NCBI GenBank assembly: GCA_945861645.1
Contig: CAMAVZ010000033.1
Span: 1 to 16,521, forward strand
Reading direction: 5' to 3'
DNA length: 16,521 nucleotides
DNA from: Opitutus sp. GAS368
GTDB taxonomy: Bacteria; Verrucomicrobiota; Verrucomicrobiia; Opitutales; Opitutaceae
Position 1 is the first letter of the stretch; each line of letters opens with the position of its first letter. The position numbers and the translations under genes are program-made. Positions 7,714 to 16,520 of this stretch are shown piece after piece. The notes beneath the pieces are model-generated. The model saw only the letters and a program-made list of their open reading frames with translations. It did no database searches and was not told the DNA's origin.

Positions 7714-8325
7714 TCAGGCGGTCGGCGGCTGGGTTTTCAGGTAGTCGGCATAATCGGCTGGAGCATCCAGATCATGGACAACGGTCAGCGCTACGGTGGC
7801 CACCTCAGGAGCGTAGTCGCGCAAGAGTTGGCTCGCCCCTGCTTCGCCTTGGAGGGCGGCGAGGGCGGCAAAGTATTTTTTGGCGAAAAATACCGGTGGT
7901 CGTCGGATCGTCCCGTAAGCGGAAGCCACGATGGGTTGGCCGGTGCGGCGATGCGTTTCGATTAATGCCGTGATGTGGTCAGCCGAAAGATTAGGCTCAT
8001 CCGCTAGGGCGATGACGACCCCGGTTGACGCGGGTGAGCATGTGGCGAGCGCGGCTATGCCAGTGCGCAGCGATGAACCCATACCCTCAGCCCAACCCGC
8101 GTGTTCGACGATTTCGACGGGCAGTCCGTCAAGACACGGACGAATCACCGCGGCCTGCGCTCCGAGAATTACGATGATCGGCGTCACCGGCGCCGTTAGG
8201 CTTTTTTCGACGAGGTAACGCAGCAAAGGCTGCCCCTGCACGGCGAGCAATTGTTTGGGCCGCCCCATGCGAGTGGCCGCCCCCGCCGCGAGTAATATAA
8301 GAGCGCAGGCCGGCGGCTTAACCAT
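7714..8325 (-). CDS. mocA: Molybdenum cofactor cytidylyltransferase (MocA-like nucleotidyltransferase)
   Basis: ATG at 8325 overlaps the xdhC stop. Motifs: LLAAGAATRMGRPKQLL, WAEGMGSSL, LADEP, PPVFF, LQGEAGA, DLDAPADY. It lies next to xdhC. Confidence 0.8.
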   Translation of the reverse strand: MVKPPACALILLAAGAATRMGRPKQLLAVQGQPLLRYLVEKSLTAPVTPIIVILGAQAAVIRPCLDGLPVEIVEHAGWAEGMGSSLRTGIAALATCSPASTGVVIALADEPNLSADHITALIETHRRTGQPIVASAYGTIRRPPVFFAKKYFAALAALQGEAGASQLLRDYAPEVATVALTVVHDLDAPADYADYLKTQPPTA

Positions 8326-9307
8326 GAATGGGCTGAGCGCGATCGCGCAGATGAATGGGTGAGCGGCCTGATAATCGACACTGCATCTCCGCCACAATAG
8401 CTAGGGCAACCGTCTCGGGCGTCGAGCCCCCGAGGTCGAGGCCGACGGGAGCATGCAAACGCGCCAGCATGGTGGCGTCGGGAGAAAATCCTTCCGCGCG
8501 CAGTTGCGTCAGTAGCCGATCGGTTCGCTGGCGGGGTCCGAGGACCCCAAGATAGGCCAGCGACTGCGGCAGGAGGCGACGGAGGAGATTTAAATCTTCC
8601 GTATAGCGATGGGTCATCACGACGGCAAAAAGCGCCCGCGTGGTGGGGTCCGGCTCCGCAATTTTTTCGGCGGGAGTAATCATTATTCTATCCGCGGCGG
8701 GGAAGCGCGCCGCGGTGGCATACGCGGCCCGCGCATCAGTTACTGTGACGTGCCAGCCCAGTTCTTTAGCGAGTCGGACCAGGGGGCGGGCATCATCGCC
8801 GGCGCCGAAAAGGAGCAAGGCGGGCGCGGCGTTAATTATTTCCTGAAAACTATCGGGCGCAGGACGGTTCCCGTTGGATGCAAGGGTGGTGCCCAAAGCG
8901 CTGGTGCCCTCGTAGGTCGTGCGGAGGGTGGTGGGGTGCCCCGCGCGCAAATTTTCGGTCAGGACTTTGATCCACTCCGGCCGAATGATCGGCACCGGCT
9001 CGATCATGATATGGACGATGCCTTGGCAGCCCAGGCCCACGCCCCACACGAGGTCATTTTCGGATGTGGTATTGTAGACGGCGGTTTCTGCTTGGCCGGT
9101 AGCGAGGACGCGCTCCGCCCGCAGGATGATGTCTTCCTCAAGGCAGCCGCCGCTGATGGAGCCAATGGGTGAATGGCCTTTAAGCACTAAAAGTCGCGCG
9201 CCTGGTCGGCGGTAAGAAGAGCCAGTAACACGCACCAACGTCGCCAACGCCGCCGGGGCCGGCGGGGCCCCAGCGAGCGCGGCCAAGATTTTTTCGATTT
9301 CTGCCAT
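8318..9307 (-). CDS. xdhC: XdhC/CoxI family molybdoenzyme maturation factor
   Basis: N-domain GSSYRRPGARLLV, GSISGGCLE, GVGLGCQG. C-domain FGAGDDA, VVMTH, YLGVLGP, APVGLDLGGSTPETVALAIVAE. Confidence 0.93.
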   Translation of the reverse strand: MAEIEKILAALAGAPPAPAALATLVRVTGSSYRRPGARLLVLKGHSPIGSISGGCLEEDIILRAERVLATGQAETAVYNTTSENDLVWGVGLGCQGIVHIMIEPVPIIRPEWIKVLTENLRAGHPTTLRTTYEGTSALGTTLASNGNRPAPDSFQEIINAAPALLLFGAGDDARPLVRLAKELGWHVTVTDARAAYATAARFPAADRIMITPAEKIAEPDPTTRALFAVVMTHRYTEDLNLLRRLLPQSLAYLGVLGPRQRTDRLLTQLRAEGFSPDATMLARLHAPVGLDLGGSTPETVALAIVAEMQCRLSGRSPIHLRDRAQPIHG

Positions 9308-9314
9308 GGCGCAG

Positions 9315-10805
9315 TTACGATTGATCGGGCGCCGCCTTCAGAGCGTAGATTTCCTGTCCACCCTCCGCCCGCAAGAGCCGGGCGAGCGCCGCGCTTCTGA
9401 GGCCGTGCCGACACGAGAGTGCGACGGGGCCGGTCGCTACAAATTCGCGCAGCGCGGCTAAGTCGTGAGCGGGGATCGCATGAAAATTGCTGCGACCAAT
9501 CGATGGCGCCGTTTCACCGGGCTCGAGGAGGAAAATTATCTTCGACGTGGGTCCGAGCGCACTGAGGTGGGCGTCGGTTATCCAGATCGTTTCGCGCTCG
9601 CTGTGCTGCACGGTGGCGGGCGTGGGCAACTGCTCGAGCCGACGACACACCGGACAATCGGGCCGAGCCAGGCGTTCGATGGTGAGCGCCGAGCCGTCGA
9701 GTAAGTTAACCAAACGCGTTTGTTGGGCCGCGGTGCCGGCGAGGCCAAGGATTAATTTTAAAGTTTCGGCGGCTTGCATCACTCCGAGAACGCCCACGGC
9801 GGGTCCAAAGACCGGCCCGCCGGCGCAATTCTCTTGAGGCTCGAGCTCGGTCGCGGTGCGACCAGCCCACAAGCAGTGCAAGCATCCCCCGGTTCCGCGT
9901 TGGAAAATATCGAGCGTGCCTTCAAAGCGATGGACGGCGGCCGAGATGAGTGGGCGGCCGAGTGCTTGGCAGGCATCGTGCAAAATAAAGCGTGAGGTGA
10001 AATTATCGGTGCAATCGAGGATGACGTCGTGGCCTGCGACTAACGCGCGGGCATTCGTTGCGGTGAGATCGCCTTGGTGTGTTTTGATTTCAATCGCGGG
10101 GTGATGGAGTCGCAGTCGCGCGGCGGCGGCGAGCACCTTGGGGGCACCGACCTCGGCCAGCGTAAATAATAGCTGACGATGAAGATTAGAAAATTCGACG
10201 TGACCGCCGTCGACCAAGGTGAGCTGGCCGATCCCGGCGCCGGTGAGATAAAGGGCGGCGGGACAACCCAGTCCGCCGACGCCGACTACCAGTACTCGCG
10301 CAGCGGCGAGTTTGGCCTGACCGGCTGCACCGACTTCTGGGAGCGAAGCTTGGCGCGTATGGTAAGCTATGAGCGTCGGATTCGTTGCGGCCTCAGTCGC
10401 GCAGTTCACCCATTCGGCGGCGCCATCGGGGTGATGCTCTTTTTTCCATACTGGCAAGCGGCGCTTAATTTCCTCGATGACATGGCGACAAGCGGCAAAC
10501 CCTGCGGCCCGATGTGCGGAAGCGACGCCAATCCAGATGGCTACTTCGCCGATGCGCAGCGTGCCGGTGCGGTGCACGCAATGTACGTGGGTGCCCGTGT
10601 AAAGCTGCTCCGTCTCGGCGATGATAGCTTCACCCTCAGTTTGGGCGAGCGCGTCAAACGCTTCGTACTCTAGGTGCGTGACGGGTTGGCCGAGATGATG
10701 GTTGCGCACGCGCCCTTCAAAAATCACCGCCGCGCCGGCCTCAGGCGCGGCGCGGCACCTCGCTCGCTCGGCGGGATCAATCGGGGTGGCGGTCAGTTCA
10801 AACAT
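9315..10805 (-). CDS. moaE-moeB: Fusion protein: MoaE (molybdopterin synthase large subunit) + MoeB/ThiF adenylyltransferase + degenerate rhodanese domain
   Basis: aa ~1-135 are MoaE (FEGRVRN, LEYEAF, HRTGTL, SAHR, IKRRLPVWKKE). aa ~145-390 are MoeB (GVGGLG, SNLHRQ, DCTDN, zinc sites CLHC and CPVC). The C-terminus has the rhodanese loop CRHGLRS (9393-9413). It is one uninterrupted frame. Confidence 0.9.
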   Translation of the reverse strand: MFELTATPIDPAERARCRAAPEAGAAVIFEGRVRNHHLGQPVTHLEYEAFDALAQTEGEAIIAETEQLYTGTHVHCVHRTGTLRIGEVAIWIGVASAHRAAGFAACRHVIEEIKRRLPVWKKEHHPDGAAEWVNCATEAATNPTLIAYHTRQASLPEVGAAGQAKLAAARVLVVGVGGLGCPAALYLTGAGIGQLTLVDGGHVEFSNLHRQLLFTLAEVGAPKVLAAAARLRLHHPAIEIKTHQGDLTATNARALVAGHDVILDCTDNFTSRFILHDACQALGRPLISAAVHRFEGTLDIFQRGTGGCLHCLWAGRTATELEPQENCAGGPVFGPAVGVLGVMQAAETLKLILGLAGTAAQQTRLVNLLDGSALTIERLARPDCPVCRRLEQLPTPATVQHSERETIWITDAHLSALGPTSKIIFLLEPGETAPSIGRSNFHAIPAHDLAALREFVATGPVALSCRHGLRSAALARLLRAEGGQEIYALKAAPDQS

Positions 10806-10807
10806 AA

Positions 10808-11062
10808 CTAGCCCCCGGCGACGGGTGGAATAAATACTATGCGATCGCCAGTGGTGAGAGGAGTATGCATCTCCCCGTAACGCTCATTGACGGCGACCCG
10901 CAGCAGATTGGCGGGAAAGGTGAGGGCGTGGGATTTCTGTAATTCTGCGTAAAGTTCTGCGGAGGTGCGGGCGGTGGTCGCTAGCTTGAGCGTCGAGCAA
11001 CCCGCTTGTTCGCGGAGCACGGCGAAGAAACGAATCTGCAACTGGAGGGGAGTGTCGGCCAC
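10808..11062 (-). CDS. moaD: Molybdopterin synthase sulfur carrier subunit
   Basis: 84 aa. IRFFAVLREQAG, VAVN and C-terminal FIPPVAGG (Gly-Gly). GTG start. Confidence 0.93.
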   Translation of the reverse strand: MADTPLQLQIRFFAVLREQAGCSTLKLATTARTSAELYAELQKSHALTFPANLLRVAVNERYGEMHTPLTTGDRIVFIPPVAGG

Positions 11063-11071
11063 GCGGAGAAA

Positions 11072-12052
11072 TTAGCCGCCAATTTCCGACATCCCGCGCG
11101 CCGAAGGAATCAGGTGTTGCGCGAGGCCGTGGCCCCACGGTTTTTCGTGCACTGCTTGGCGAATGCAGGTGGCGATGGCGTCGTCATTTTCGCCGCCGCG
11201 GAGCAGATGGAGTAAATTAATTTCGTTATCCCGTAATAGGCACAGCCGCAGCACCCCGTCGGCAGTGAGCCGCATGCGATTGCAGCCGGCGCAAAAAGGA
11301 GCGGAGACGGGGCTGATGAAGCCTAGGGCACCCTGACCCCCAGGGAGACGATAGAGGCGGGCCTCGCCATCGAGTTGGCCGCCATTCACGAGTTCTAGCG
11401 GACCGAAGGCGGTCGTGAGGACCGTAAGCAGTTCAGCTTCGCTCACCATGCCGCGTTTCTGAAAATCTGAATTATTGCCGAACGGCATCTGCTCAATGAA
11501 GCGGACCTGCCAAGGATTGTTTAAAGTGAGGCGAGCGAGTGCGACGACATCCTCGCCGTCATTCACCCCGCGACAGACGACCGCATTGAGTTTAATGCGC
11601 AGGCCGGCGCGAGCCGCGGCGGCAAGGCCCGCGTGCACATCCCGGAGATTGCCCCAGCGCGTGAGTTGGCGAAATTTTTCTTCATCGAGGCTATCGATCG
11701 AGACGTTGGCAGTTTGCAGGCCAGCATCGGCCAGCGGTTGAGCCAGTTGGTCAAGAAGCACGCCATTGGTGGTGAGGCCAACGGTCGTGATGCCGGGCGT
11801 ATTGACGGCATGGCGCACCAGCTCAACCAAGCCGGGGCGCAGCGTGGGCTCGCCCCCGGTGAAACGAATTTTCCGAAAACCCAAGGTGCCGAATAAGGTG
11901 ATGAGGCGCCGGAGTTCAGCGTCGCTCAATAATTCACCCCGCGGCCGGAAAGTCATATTCTCCGGCATGCAGTAAACGCAGCGCAGATTGCACGCATCGG
12001 TTAAAGAGATGCGGAGGTAGTCAATATCGCGGTGGTAGCTGTCGAGCGGCAT
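11072..12052 (-). CDS. moaA: GTP 3',8-cyclase (radical SAM)
   Basis: ATG at 12052 (MPLDSYHRDIDYLRISLTD). CxxxCxxC is CNLRCVYC. Also RFTGGEP, TTNG, RFIE, the C-terminal cluster FCAGCNRMRLTADG...CL and terminal MSEIGG. Confidence 0.97.
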   Translation of the reverse strand: MPLDSYHRDIDYLRISLTDACNLRCVYCMPENMTFRPRGELLSDAELRRLITLFGTLGFRKIRFTGGEPTLRPGLVELVRHAVNTPGITTVGLTTNGVLLDQLAQPLADAGLQTANVSIDSLDEEKFRQLTRWGNLRDVHAGLAAAARAGLRIKLNAVVCRGVNDGEDVVALARLTLNNPWQVRFIEQMPFGNNSDFQKRGMVSEAELLTVLTTAFGPLELVNGGQLDGEARLYRLPGGQGALGFISPVSAPFCAGCNRMRLTADGVLRLCLLRDNEINLLHLLRGGENDDAIATCIRQAVHEKPWGHGLAQHLIPSARGMSEIGG

Positions 12053-12089
12053 GTTGAGGGGAAGAGAATAGGTCTGGGCTGACCTCAAA

Positions 12090-13223
12090 TCAAATACGAA
12101 TCCCGCCAGCGCGCAGTCCATAAGTGACGACCACGCCCAGAGTAAGCCCGATGAGATAGCCTTGAGGCAGCCAAAGACAGCAGAGCGCCACACCGAGGGC
12201 TATGCTCATCGCCCGGCCCGAGCTGCGTAGGTCGCGCACCAGTAAGACGAGAACGGCCGCCTCTACTAATAGCACCGCGCCGAGAATGGCGGAGGGAAAA
12301 GCTTGAATAAGTCCCGTGAACGCCGCGCTAAAAAATAAACCCGCCACAACAAATAGCGCACCGTAAATCACGACCGCACCTCCCGTGCGCGCCCCCAGAG
12401 CATAATAACCAGCCAGGCCGCCACAGCCGTGACAAACGGGAATACCGCCTAACCAGGGGACGATTAAATTAAGACCGGCATACGTTAGGCCGATCGTGCG
12501 CAGGGTGAATGATCGACCAGGAAATAAATCGCGCACGGTTTGCTGCGTGGCGATGAGCGAATTTGAAAGCGAGAGTGGCAGTTGGGGTAACACCAGTAAC
12601 GTGAGCGCCGTGAGCCATTGATCCCATGGCCACGACTCCGCGTGCGGGAGAGTGAAGCCGATGCCCTGCGGAATCGCTGACCAATTGACCCGATAGATCA
12701 TCGCCCAAATGACGGCCGCGCCCATCACGAGCAAAGCCCCAGGCAGGCGATGGCTCTTGCGCCATAACGCGAGCGTTAAAATAGCCGCAAGGGCCGCCAC
12801 CCAGCTCCCCGTGCTGGCGTTTTGGGCGATTAATTTCGTCGCGACTCGCGCGAGCGAGAGCCCAAGCCCAACTTGCACGCCGCGCACCACACAGAGAGGA
12901 ATAATGCGACTGAGCCAGTCGAGTCCCCCGCTGGCCGAGAGCACGAGCATTAGCCCGCCAATCATCAGGCCGGCCATTTGGAGCAAAGCGCCGGAAGCTT
13001 GGCCCGCGATGACGACCACCGCCATGGCCTTGAGCGGTTGTACGGGCATGGGCAGGCCGTAGAGCAAACCAGTGAAAATTTGAGCGCAGCCAAAAGCGAT
13101 GAGCACCCCCGAACAATTGAGGCCAGTCGCGAGCAGGATCCCGACGATGATCGGGAGTGAAGTTCCGATATCGCCAAACGCCCCGGCCAATTCCCGCCGG
13201 TTAAATTGTAGGCGCGCTGTCAT
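12090..13223 (-). CDS. MOT1-family molybdate (sulfate/molybdate) transporter
   Basis: ATG at 13223. ELAGAFGDIGT, PMPVQPLKAM, PQLPLSLSNS and PVCHGCGGLAG..ALGARTGG match MOT1 signature motifs. Many TM helices. It is embedded among Moco genes. Confidence 0.85.
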   Translation of the reverse strand: MTARLQFNRRELAGAFGDIGTSLPIIVGILLATGLNCSGVLIAFGCAQIFTGLLYGLPMPVQPLKAMAVVVIAGQASGALLQMAGLMIGGLMLVLSASGGLDWLSRIIPLCVVRGVQVGLGLSLARVATKLIAQNASTGSWVAALAAILTLALWRKSHRLPGALLVMGAAVIWAMIYRVNWSAIPQGIGFTLPHAESWPWDQWLTALTLLVLPQLPLSLSNSLIATQQTVRDLFPGRSFTLRTIGLTYAGLNLIVPWLGGIPVCHGCGGLAGYYALGARTGGAVVIYGALFVVAGLFFSAAFTGLIQAFPSAILGAVLLVEAAVLVLLVRDLRSSGRAMSIALGVALCCLWLPQGYLIGLTLGVVVTYGLRAGGIRI

Positions 13224-13231
13224 GTAAGGAC

Positions 13232-13732
13232 TCAGGACGTCGGCCGCGTGAGTTGCGGCCGAAAGCCCGCGATGTGATCGAGGGCTTCGGCAATTGCCGG
13301 GGCTAATAAGGGGAGACATTCCGCGATCGCCGTGGGTCGACCGGGTAAATTAACAATCAGCGAACGTCCGCGCACGCCGGCGGTGGCGCGGGAGAGAATC
13401 GCAGTTTTCACTTTTTGATAATTCTGCATCCGCATAATTTCGCCAAAGCCTGGGAGCTCTTTTTCCAAGACCGCGTGCGTGGCCTCGGGGGTGATATCGC
13501 GCGGCGAAGGTCCGGTGCCGCCGGTCGTAAAAATGAGCGGGCAATGTTCGTCATCGGCCAAGCGACGCAAAGCCGCCTCCAAGAGGGCGCGATCGTCAGG
13601 CAAGAGTACGCGAATCCATTCCAGCGGCTCAGCAATAATGGTGGCCGCGATGCGCTCGATCTCTGGTCCGCTGGCATCAGCGTAAATGCCATTTGCCGCC
13701 CGATCGCTTAAAGTGACGCGCGCAATTTTCAT
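13232..13732 (-). CDS. mogA: Molybdopterin adenylyltransferase
   Basis: TLSDRA...YADASGP, PDD, TTGGTGPSPRDITPEAT, LPGFGEIMR, AILSR, NLPG. Confidence 0.93.
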   Translation of the reverse strand: MKIARVTLSDRAANGIYADASGPEIERIAATIIAEPLEWIRVLLPDDRALLEAALRRLADDEHCPLIFTTGGTGPSPRDITPEATHAVLEKELPGFGEIMRMQNYQKVKTAILSRATAGVRGRSLIVNLPGRPTAIAECLPLLAPAIAEALDHIAGFRPQLTRPTS

Positions 13733-14193
13733 GATTTAATTTTTTCGACGACATGAATGCCGTCGATCGACATGGCTTTATCCACGGCTTTGCACATGTC
13801 GTAAATAGTGAGAGCGGCGACAGACACCGCGGTCAGGGCTTCCATCTCAACGCCCGTTTGGCCGGTCGAGCGAATCGTTGCGCGGATGAGAATGCTCGTC
13901 GGCTCGACCGAAAATTCGAGTGAAGCGCCTGACAGGGCGAGTGGGTGGCAGAGAGGAATGAGCGTGCTGGTAGCTTTGGCCGCTTGTAGTCCCGCAATTT
14001 GGGCGACGGTGAGCACATCACCTTTGGGCAGGGCTTGAGCGCGCAGGAGGTCAATGGTGGCGGCGGCACAATGGAGTCGGCCTTCCGCCATCGCCGTGCG
14101 GTGGGAATCAGGTTTGGCGCTCACATCGACCATGCGGGCGTGGCCAGAGGCATCGAGATGGGAGAATGACGGTGAGCTGGGCGCGGTTTTCAT
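13729..14193 (-). CDS. moaC: Cyclic pyranopterin monophosphate synthase
   Basis: FSHLD..GHARMVDVSAK, KGDVL, LIPLCHP, TGVEMEALT, IYDMCKAVD. ATGA overlaps with both neighbours. Confidence 0.97.
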   Translation of the reverse strand: MKTAPSSPSFSHLDASGHARMVDVSAKPDSHRTAMAEGRLHCAAATIDLLRAQALPKGDVLTVAQIAGLQAAKATSTLIPLCHPLALSGASLEFSVEPTSILIRATIRSTGQTGVEMEALTAVSVAALTIYDMCKAVDKAMSIDGIHVVEKIKS

Positions 14194-15377
14194 GGAAAAA
14201 AAATAAAACTAACCGATTGGCCAATCTGTAAGTTGGTCGGCGGCGTGGGCACGGGCAAGAGCGCGTTCGCGCCGACGAGGCCACTGCTGTCGCCGGAGCT
14301 AGCGAGCGGCAGCGGCGTGAGTTCATAGTGACCATCCACGAGTTCAGCGCGGCAGGGCCAAAAAGTTTGACGAGAATCTACCGAAGGCAATCCGGCGATG
14401 GCCTGTAATCGTCCCTTGATTTGGGGCCGGGGTGTAGTCGTGCCGGTGGCGAGGTAGCGGAGGAGGGGGGCGAGAAACAATTGGAAAACCACCCAGTGCG
14501 AAACGGGATTGCCGGGTAAGGCAAAGGCGAGTTGCTCGCCGCGCGTGGCGAAAACGAGCGGTTTGCCTGGACGAAGGTTTAAGGCGTGGAAGTGGAGCGT
14601 GTAGCCCAGTGATTCCAGCAGGGGCCGCGCGATATCGTGATCGCCCACGCTGGCGCCACCGGAGATCAGCAAAATATCGTGAACCGGCAGAGCTTCCGCG
14701 ACTGCGCGCGCGGTGGTGAGATCATCGGTGACGCGGGCCTGACCCGCAAGTTCAGCGCCTGCCCCAGCCAGTAACGCGGCAATGAGGGTGGAGTTGCTAT
14801 CACGAATTTGGGCGCCGGTAGGAGTTTGGTCCGGGGCAACTAATTCGTTCCCCGTCACCAGATGAACGCAGCGCGGGATTCGCGTGACGCTTGGTTGCGT
14901 GCAACCGGCCCCAGCGAGCGCCGCTAATTCTGGTGGACCGAGGCGAGTGCCAGCGGCGACTAAAATAGCTCCGGCGCGACAATTTTCACCCCGCCGGCGA
15001 ATGTAGTGAGGACCAGGGGCTGAAGTTATCTGCACGATCTCGCCAGAGCGGGTGACTTCCTCCTGTTTAACCACGCAGTCAGCTCCACTCGGCACCGGCG
15101 CGCCCGTGAAGATGCGGACGCATTCGCCCGGTCCTACGCTGCCGGCGAAAGCGATTCCGGCCTGGCTCGCGCCGATTACGCGCAGCGGCACTGAGCGGCT
15201 ATTTTGCTGAAGCGCGTAGCCATCCATGGCGGCGGCGTCAAAAGGTGGCGCATCGGTCTCGGCGTAAATCGGCGTGCGCAGGGTGCGGCTGAGGGCCGCG
15301 CTCAGCGGTACATTAACCGCGGCCAACTGCTGCGCCTGCGTCAGGATAGTTTGCCAAGCTTGGTCAGGCGAAAACAT
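14190..15377 (-). CDS. moeA: Molybdopterin molybdotransferase
   Basis: PPFDAAAMDGYA, RIFTGAPVP.GAD.VV.QE, TGNEL, IRDSN, SGGASVGDHD, RPGKP, LPGNPVS. Confidence 0.95.
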   Translation of the reverse strand: MFSPDQAWQTILTQAQQLAAVNVPLSAALSRTLRTPIYAETDAPPFDAAAMDGYALQQNSRSVPLRVIGASQAGIAFAGSVGPGECVRIFTGAPVPSGADCVVKQEEVTRSGEIVQITSAPGPHYIRRRGENCRAGAILVAAGTRLGPPELAALAGAGCTQPSVTRIPRCVHLVTGNELVAPDQTPTGAQIRDSNSTLIAALLAGAGAELAGQARVTDDLTTARAVAEALPVHDILLISGGASVGDHDIARPLLESLGYTLHFHALNLRPGKPLVFATRGEQLAFALPGNPVSHWVVFQLFLAPLLRYLATGTTTPRPQIKGRLQAIAGLPSVDSRQTFWPCRAELVDGHYELTPLPLASSGDSSGLVGANALLPVPTPPTNLQIGQSVSFIFFP

Positions 15378-15389
15378 CGTAGTAGCTTT

Positions 15390-16520
15390 TTATTCCGCCG
15401 GGGGCCGCGCGCGCTTAGGGGCGGATTTTTTCTTCGGCGCAGCAATCACGATAAATGGCGTGTAGAGGGTCGAGAACTTCTGCGGAAAGCGGCCAATGAT
15501 TTTAACGCCCTCATCCAGCGATTCCTGCGTCTTCACGTGGCCGACCGTATGGAGCTTGGCCACTACATCATAGCGGTGATGCGGGATGAGTAATTCGGCC
15601 GGCACGAGATTATCAATCGCCAGCTCCTCACAGCGGCGCAGCAGAACGTCCAAGCCCGCGCCCGTGTGCGCGCTGATGAATAAAGCCTCGGGGTATTGTG
15701 CCCGCAGTCGCGTGAGCGTTTTTGCCTCGGTGGCGTCGGTCTTATTGAAGACCGTGATCGTCGGTTTATCAGCGGCGCCGAGTTCACCCAAGACCTCGAG
15801 GGTGGTGGCGTGATGCTGCGCGACGTTGGGGTTGGTGGCGTCGAGGACGTGAATCAGGAAATCAGAGACGACGACTTCTTCCAAAGTGGCCTTGAAGGCT
15901 TCGACTAATTTATGCGGCAGGCGGCGAATAAAGCCGACGGTATCAGTCGCGAGGAGCGTGCGGCCGTCCGGTAAAAAAAATTGGCGCGTAGTCGGGTCGA
16001 GGGTCGCGAATAATTTATTAACCGCGAGAACGTGAGCGCCCGTGAGCTTGTTCAGCAGCGAGGATTTACCCGCATTAGTATAACCGACGATGGCGGTACC
16101 TGGCACGGGCGTCCGCTGCCGTTTGCGGCGTTGGGTGGCGCGTTGGGAAATAACTTGAACGAGCTCCTCTTTTAAATGGGCGATCCGATCGCGCACGACC
16201 CGGCGATCCTGTTCGAGCTGAGTTTCGCCCTCGCCGCCCATTGAGCCTTTACCGCGCTGTCGGGAGAGATGGGTCCACGCACGGGTGAGCCGCGGCAGCG
16301 AGTATTCCATGCGCGCGAGAGCGACTTGGAGCACCGCTTCGCGGGTCTGGGCCCGATCAGCGAAGATTTCTAAAATAACTTCCTGACGATCAATCACCGC
16401 GAAGCCGGACTCTTTCTCCCAGTTGCGCTGCTGACTCGGCGAGAGCTCACTATCGATGACGATCACATCGGCGCCTTCCGCCTTGGCGAGGGCGATTAAC
16501 TCCGCCGCTTTACCACTCCC
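15390..16520 (-). CDS. hflX: GTPase HflX (5' end truncated by the window edge)
   Basis: The frame is open to the edge (GSGKAAELIA...). ELSPSQQRN, ILEIFADRA, GEGETQLEQDRR, G1 GYTNAGKS, G2 LFATLDPT, G3 DTVG, G4 NKTD, G5 SAH. Confidence 0.97.
   Translation of the reverse strand, partial: GSGKAAELIALAKAEGADVIVIDSELSPSQQRNWEKESGFAVIDRQEVILEIFADRAQTREAVLQVALARMEYSLPRLTRAWTHLSRQRGKGSMGGEGETQLEQDRRVVRDRIAHLKEELVQVISQRATQRRKRQRTPVPGTAIVGYTNAGKSSLLNKLTGAHVLAVNKLFATLDPTTRQFFLPDGRTLLATDTVGFIRRLPHKLVEAFKATLEEVVVSDFLIHVLDATNPNVAQHHATTLEVLGELGAADKPTITVFNKTDATEAKTLTRLRAQYPEALFISAHTGAGLDVLLRRCEELAIDNLVPAELLIPHHRYDVVAKLHTVGHVKTQESLDEGVKIIGRFPQKFSTLYTPFIVIAAPKKKSAPKRARPPAE

Noticed and set aside
12053-12193. 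Extended starts for moaA (12193), MOT1 (13319), mocA (8397) and the ydcF-like gene (6827)
   Set aside because: Each overlaps the upstream gene substantially, and family homology begins at the downstream ATG chosen.
13778-13786. DnaA-box-like TTATCCACG
   Set aside because: It is a single mismatched copy inside moaC and is explained by the AVDK codons.
14196-14203. A8 homopolymers (also 15973-15980) as phase-variation or frameshift sites
   Set aside because: Both reading frames are intact, and the runs simply encode Phe-Phe on the minus strand.
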